Assembly: GCA_964016885.1 (NCBI GenBank)
Contig: OZ024740.1
Location: 312,604,001 to 312,668,000 of the forward strand
From: Eledone cirrhosa
Lineage: Eukaryota
Direction of reading: 5' to 3'
Length of the DNA stretch: 64,000 nucleotides
The notes under the pieces: model-generated
What the model was told of the DNA's origin: nothing
The model's database searches: none
Seen by the model: only the letters and a program-made list of their open reading frames with translations
Shown: positions 62,407-64,000 of the stretch, in pieces
How positions within the stretch are numbered: position 1 is the stretch's first letter
Layout: every line of letters starts with the position of its first letter
Translations under genes and position numbers: made by a program

Positions 62407-63148
62407 CACATTCTAAAGTTGTGGATATAAAGACAAGATCGTCAGTATTCAGGGGTTTCCATCGATGGAAAGGTAAAAGAAACAGCATTGACATAGGGAC
62501 CAGGGTGTGTAGGTAAGGGGATAATAGGAGTGGTAGAAAAGGAGCAGTGTAGTGTGTGAAGTAAAGAACAGATTATGTTTATATGATGTAATTTTAATAA
62601 CAAATTAAAAGTGAAGTTCAAATATCTAGGTAAAGGTTTATATCGACAGTTTATCAGTATAGAAATGGGGTGTAATTGTTACTGTTGAATCTCTACATTT
62701 TAAGTATCCTCTATATCTTATACTGTTTCTTTATTATTTCAGAATATCACATGACACTGACATAAAAAGATTTTGTACATTAGATGTATCATCAATATTT
62801 GTCATCTTTTAATGACTAAAGGAAGATGTTATACACAACAGATGTAAATCTGAGAATTAGTGTGAAATATTTTTTCTGAACTGAGATTAATAAAAACATT
62901 ACTCTAATTCACTGTCTGGAATATCTACAAGGATTTTGTATTCTATTTATGCTTGGATTACAACAGACATTGTAGCATCTTTAAATAGTGATAAAGATCA
63001 CAGTTGATGGAAATATTGCAGAAGAAATATTTATTTGGAATAAAACAAACACAAATGGAAAGATATCCAAATATTGTGAGAAAATAAGAAAAATTGTGGA
63101 ATAAAGAACTATTTTGGAAACTAAAAGATTAATTTATCTCCTGAAAAA

Positions 63149-63895
63149 ATGTCCAAAAATATAGTCAAATCTTCATATGACTGTGATATCTGTTGTAGAT
63201 CATTCTCTCGAAAAGCCAGTTTAACTATTCACAAACGTATTCATAATGCTGAGAAGCCATATAGGTGTGATATATGTAGCAAATCATACCTTTATAAGCG
63301 TGACTTAATTGACCACAAATGTATTCATACAGGAGAGAGACCATATAACTGTGATGTATGTGGTAAATCATTCTCTCGGAATTCTGGCTTAAGTGAACAC
63401 AGACGTGTTCATACAGGAGAGAGACCATATAACTGTGATGTATGTGGTAAATCATTCTCTCGGAATTCTGGCTTAAGTGAACACAGACGTGTTCATACAG
63501 GAGAGAAATCACATCAATGTAATATCTGTGGTAAATCATTCATTAAACTGTCAGCCTTAATCATTCACAAACGTACCCATACAGGAGAAAGGTCATATCA
63601 TTGTGATATTTGTGGGAAATCATTCTCTATATATAATAACTTAACCAGGCACAAATATATTCATACAGGAGAGAAACCATATCACTGTGACATCTGTAAT
63701 AAATCATTTTCTCAAAATAGTAGCTTAATAAAACACAAATATATTCATACAAGAGAGAAACCATATCATTGTGATATATGTGGTAAATCATTCATTGAAA
63801 ATTATAGCTTAACTAAACACAAACGTGTTCATACTGGAGAGAAGCCATATCATTGTGACATCTGTGGTAAATTATTCTCCATAATTGGTGGCTGA
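63149..63895 (+). CDS. C2H2 zinc-finger array protein: 8 complete fingers, stop inside finger 9, frame continues to the window end
   Basis: Repeated C-x2-C-x12-H-x3-H fingers with TGEKPY/TGERPY linkers; candidate upstream acceptor TTATTTCAG at 62742. Confidence 0.9.
   Translation: MSKNIVKSSYDCDICCRSFSRKASLTIHKRIHNAEKPYRCDICSKSYLYKRDLIDHKCIHTGERPYNCDVCGKSFSRNSGLSEHRRVHTGERPYNCDVCGKSFSRNSGLSEHRRVHTGEKSHQCNICGKSFIKLSALIIHKRTHTGERSYHCDICGKSFSIYNNLTRHKYIHTGEKPYHCDICNKSFSQNSSLIKHKYIHTREKPYHCDICGKSFIENYSLTKHKRVHTGEKPYHCDICGKLFSIIGG

Positions 63896-64000
<105 letters not shown>

Overview
This is AT-rich, repeat-dense animal DNA, most likely from an octopus (coleoid cephalopod). That assignment is inferred from the SINE/LINE repertoire, the huge (TA)n tracts and the [16 protein letters not shown]-type zinc-finger array. 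Three host genes can be read. (1) The 3' seven coding exons of an HBP1 orthologue (AXH domain plus HMG box) lie on + at 362-15258. (2) A complete four-exon MANF/ARMET gene (183 aa, CKGC motif, C-terminal NTEL) lies on - at 54437-38293, convergent with HBP1. (3) A C2H2 zinc-finger exon starts on + at 63149 and has an in-frame TGA inside finger 9. The rest is mostly mobile DNA: a near-intact RTE-clade LINE with several relatives, CR1, CRE and I-type LINE fragments, two tRNA-derived SINE families, MITEs, tandem Helitrons and minisatellites. The two most unusual signals are a C4HC3 PHD finger inserted inside the reverse-transcriptase domain of the RTE family, and an intronless Ulp1/C48-like protease ORF embedded in a composite Helitron cluster (57.3-61.6 kb). 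More speculative leads are two premature stops that A-to-I editing would turn into Trp and two minimal hammerhead-like motifs. All calls were made by eye without database searches; repeat boundaries are approximate.
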